IMG/VR virus record: IMGVR_UViG_3300031519_009791
Location: 1-45,612 of that record
Length of the DNA stretch: 45,612 nucleotides
Strand: one strand, 5' to 3'
From: a virus
Lineage: Duplodnaviria; Caudoviricetes
A program made the translations under genes and the position numbers. A model generated the notes under the pieces. That model was not told the DNA's origin and made no database searches. It was given only the letters and a program-made list of their open reading frames with translations. This document shows positions 44,710 to 45,612 of this stretch, one piece after another (position 1 is the first letter of the stretch; each line of letters opens with the position of its first letter).

Positions 44710-45420
44710 CTAATGAGCCAAGTATGCTATAGGTTTTTTGAAGTCTTTGATAAAACAATTGTTGCAATTGTTTCCTGCGCAAGTGTGATCGTCTTTGTTT
44801 GACGTTGCAGGACAAACTGAATGCCCATCTTCGATTGCCTTTTTGGCGCAACTATATACTGACGTTCCTGCATCCAATCCTGCTATACTTGGCGCTTTTT
44901 CATCGATATATAAAGCGCTTGGTTTAATTACAACGTTTGGCAAGCTTGCTAAATCTTTAAGCGCATCCATTTGGCTTTCTCTAATATACTCACGTGTTGG
45001 AAACCAAAATTTAATTTGAGGAAAATTTTCGCAAACTCTTTTCCATGCATTAATATACTTTACTGAAAACAAATCTCCTGAATCGTGGACTCTAAAAAGA
45101 CTTGTATCAATATTCTTTAATTTTTTCGCAACACCATTTTTGAAATACTTTTTTTCGATTTGCTTGGTTAATTCGTTGACGAACGTGTCGCCATTATCTT
45201 TTCTCAATGAATCGACAACAAAGTCGGCACGACCTTGCAAACTAGCTTTAACGTTTGAAAAAGTATAAAAACCTTTACAAGCATAGCAACTTGAACAAAT
45301 TAATTTGTCGAGTTTTTCTTTTACTTTAAATAAAAGTTTTGCGGCAGGACAATACTTTAATGCAGGAATGTTAAAACCTACACAAGGCATCTTAGATGGG
45401 TTGGATAATAAGTTAATCAT
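44710..45420 (-). CDS. Gp88-like Cys-rich protein
   Basis: SKMPC, CP...CSSCYA, FRVHDSGD, FWFPTR and C-terminal CPA...C..C..C motifs of the phage gp88 family; leaderless promoter. Confidence 0.75.
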   Translation of the reverse strand: MINLLSNPSKMPCVGFNIPALKYCPAAKLLFKVKEKLDKLICSSCYACKGFYTFSNVKASLQGRADFVVDSLRKDNGDTFVNELTKQIEKKYFKNGVAKKLKNIDTSLFRVHDSGDLFSVKYINAWKRVCENFPQIKFWFPTREYIRESQMDALKDLASLPNVVIKPSALYIDEKAPSIAGLDAGTSVYSCAKKAIEDGHSVCPATSNKDDHTCAGNNCNNCFIKDFKKPIAYLAH

Positions 45421-45465
45421 GTAAACAATATTCCATAGGTTTTCTTTAAAGTCAAATAAAAAGAT

Positions 45466-45502
45466 AAAAAAAAATCCAACTTGTATCTAAACAAATTGGA
45501 TT
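45466..45502 (-). terminator. Intrinsic terminator
   Basis: AATCCAA...TTGGATT plus T-run. Confidence 0.65.
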
Positions 45503-45612
45503 AAAAACTTTAATAGTTTTAAGGTTTTAAATTAAACAATACATTGCTCTTCAATTAAGACTTGCCAAAAAGGTTTTACTTCTTTTAATTCTTCCTTTTT
45601 ATACCAAGCAAA

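Noticed and set aside
1-45612. Alternative genetic code or stop-codon recoding
   Set aside because: Genes are full length and densely packed in the standard bacterial code. The apparent ORF gap at 1-6754 is one ORF that leaves the window.

Overview
This AT-rich window comes from a tailed dsDNA phage genome and reads normally in the standard bacterial code. From left to right it has five parts. (1) A giant minus-strand tail tape-measure gene starts at 6754 and runs off the left edge (at least 2251 codons). The supplied ORF track misses it because it has no stop inside the window. (2) A morphogenesis module: tail tube, neck and head-completion genes, major capsid, decoration protein, protease/scaffold, portal and large terminase. 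(3) A nuclease, sigma factor, PhoH and J-domain block. (4) A 12-gene glycan-modification cluster of glycosyl-, sulfo-, methyl- and acetyltransferases. (5) After a repeat-rich non-coding zone, an early-type region of small minus-strand genes with sigma70-like promoters, mostly leaderless starts and intrinsic terminators. The most striking feature is the tape-measure protein. After about 540 aa of ordinary TP901-type sequence it becomes an in-frame array of largely unrelated 87-414 aa modules, each bounded by the motif G-[HFY]-[IV]-P-N-[YF]-[AGS] (11 copies). The modules include a GNAT acetyltransferase, two WYL/Sm-like domains and a Gly-rich hydrophobic segment. Three consecutive modules are duplicated, with the breakpoint at the motif. 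This suggests a shuffled, virion-delivered effector polyprotein. All family assignments were made by eye from motifs; no database searches were run.
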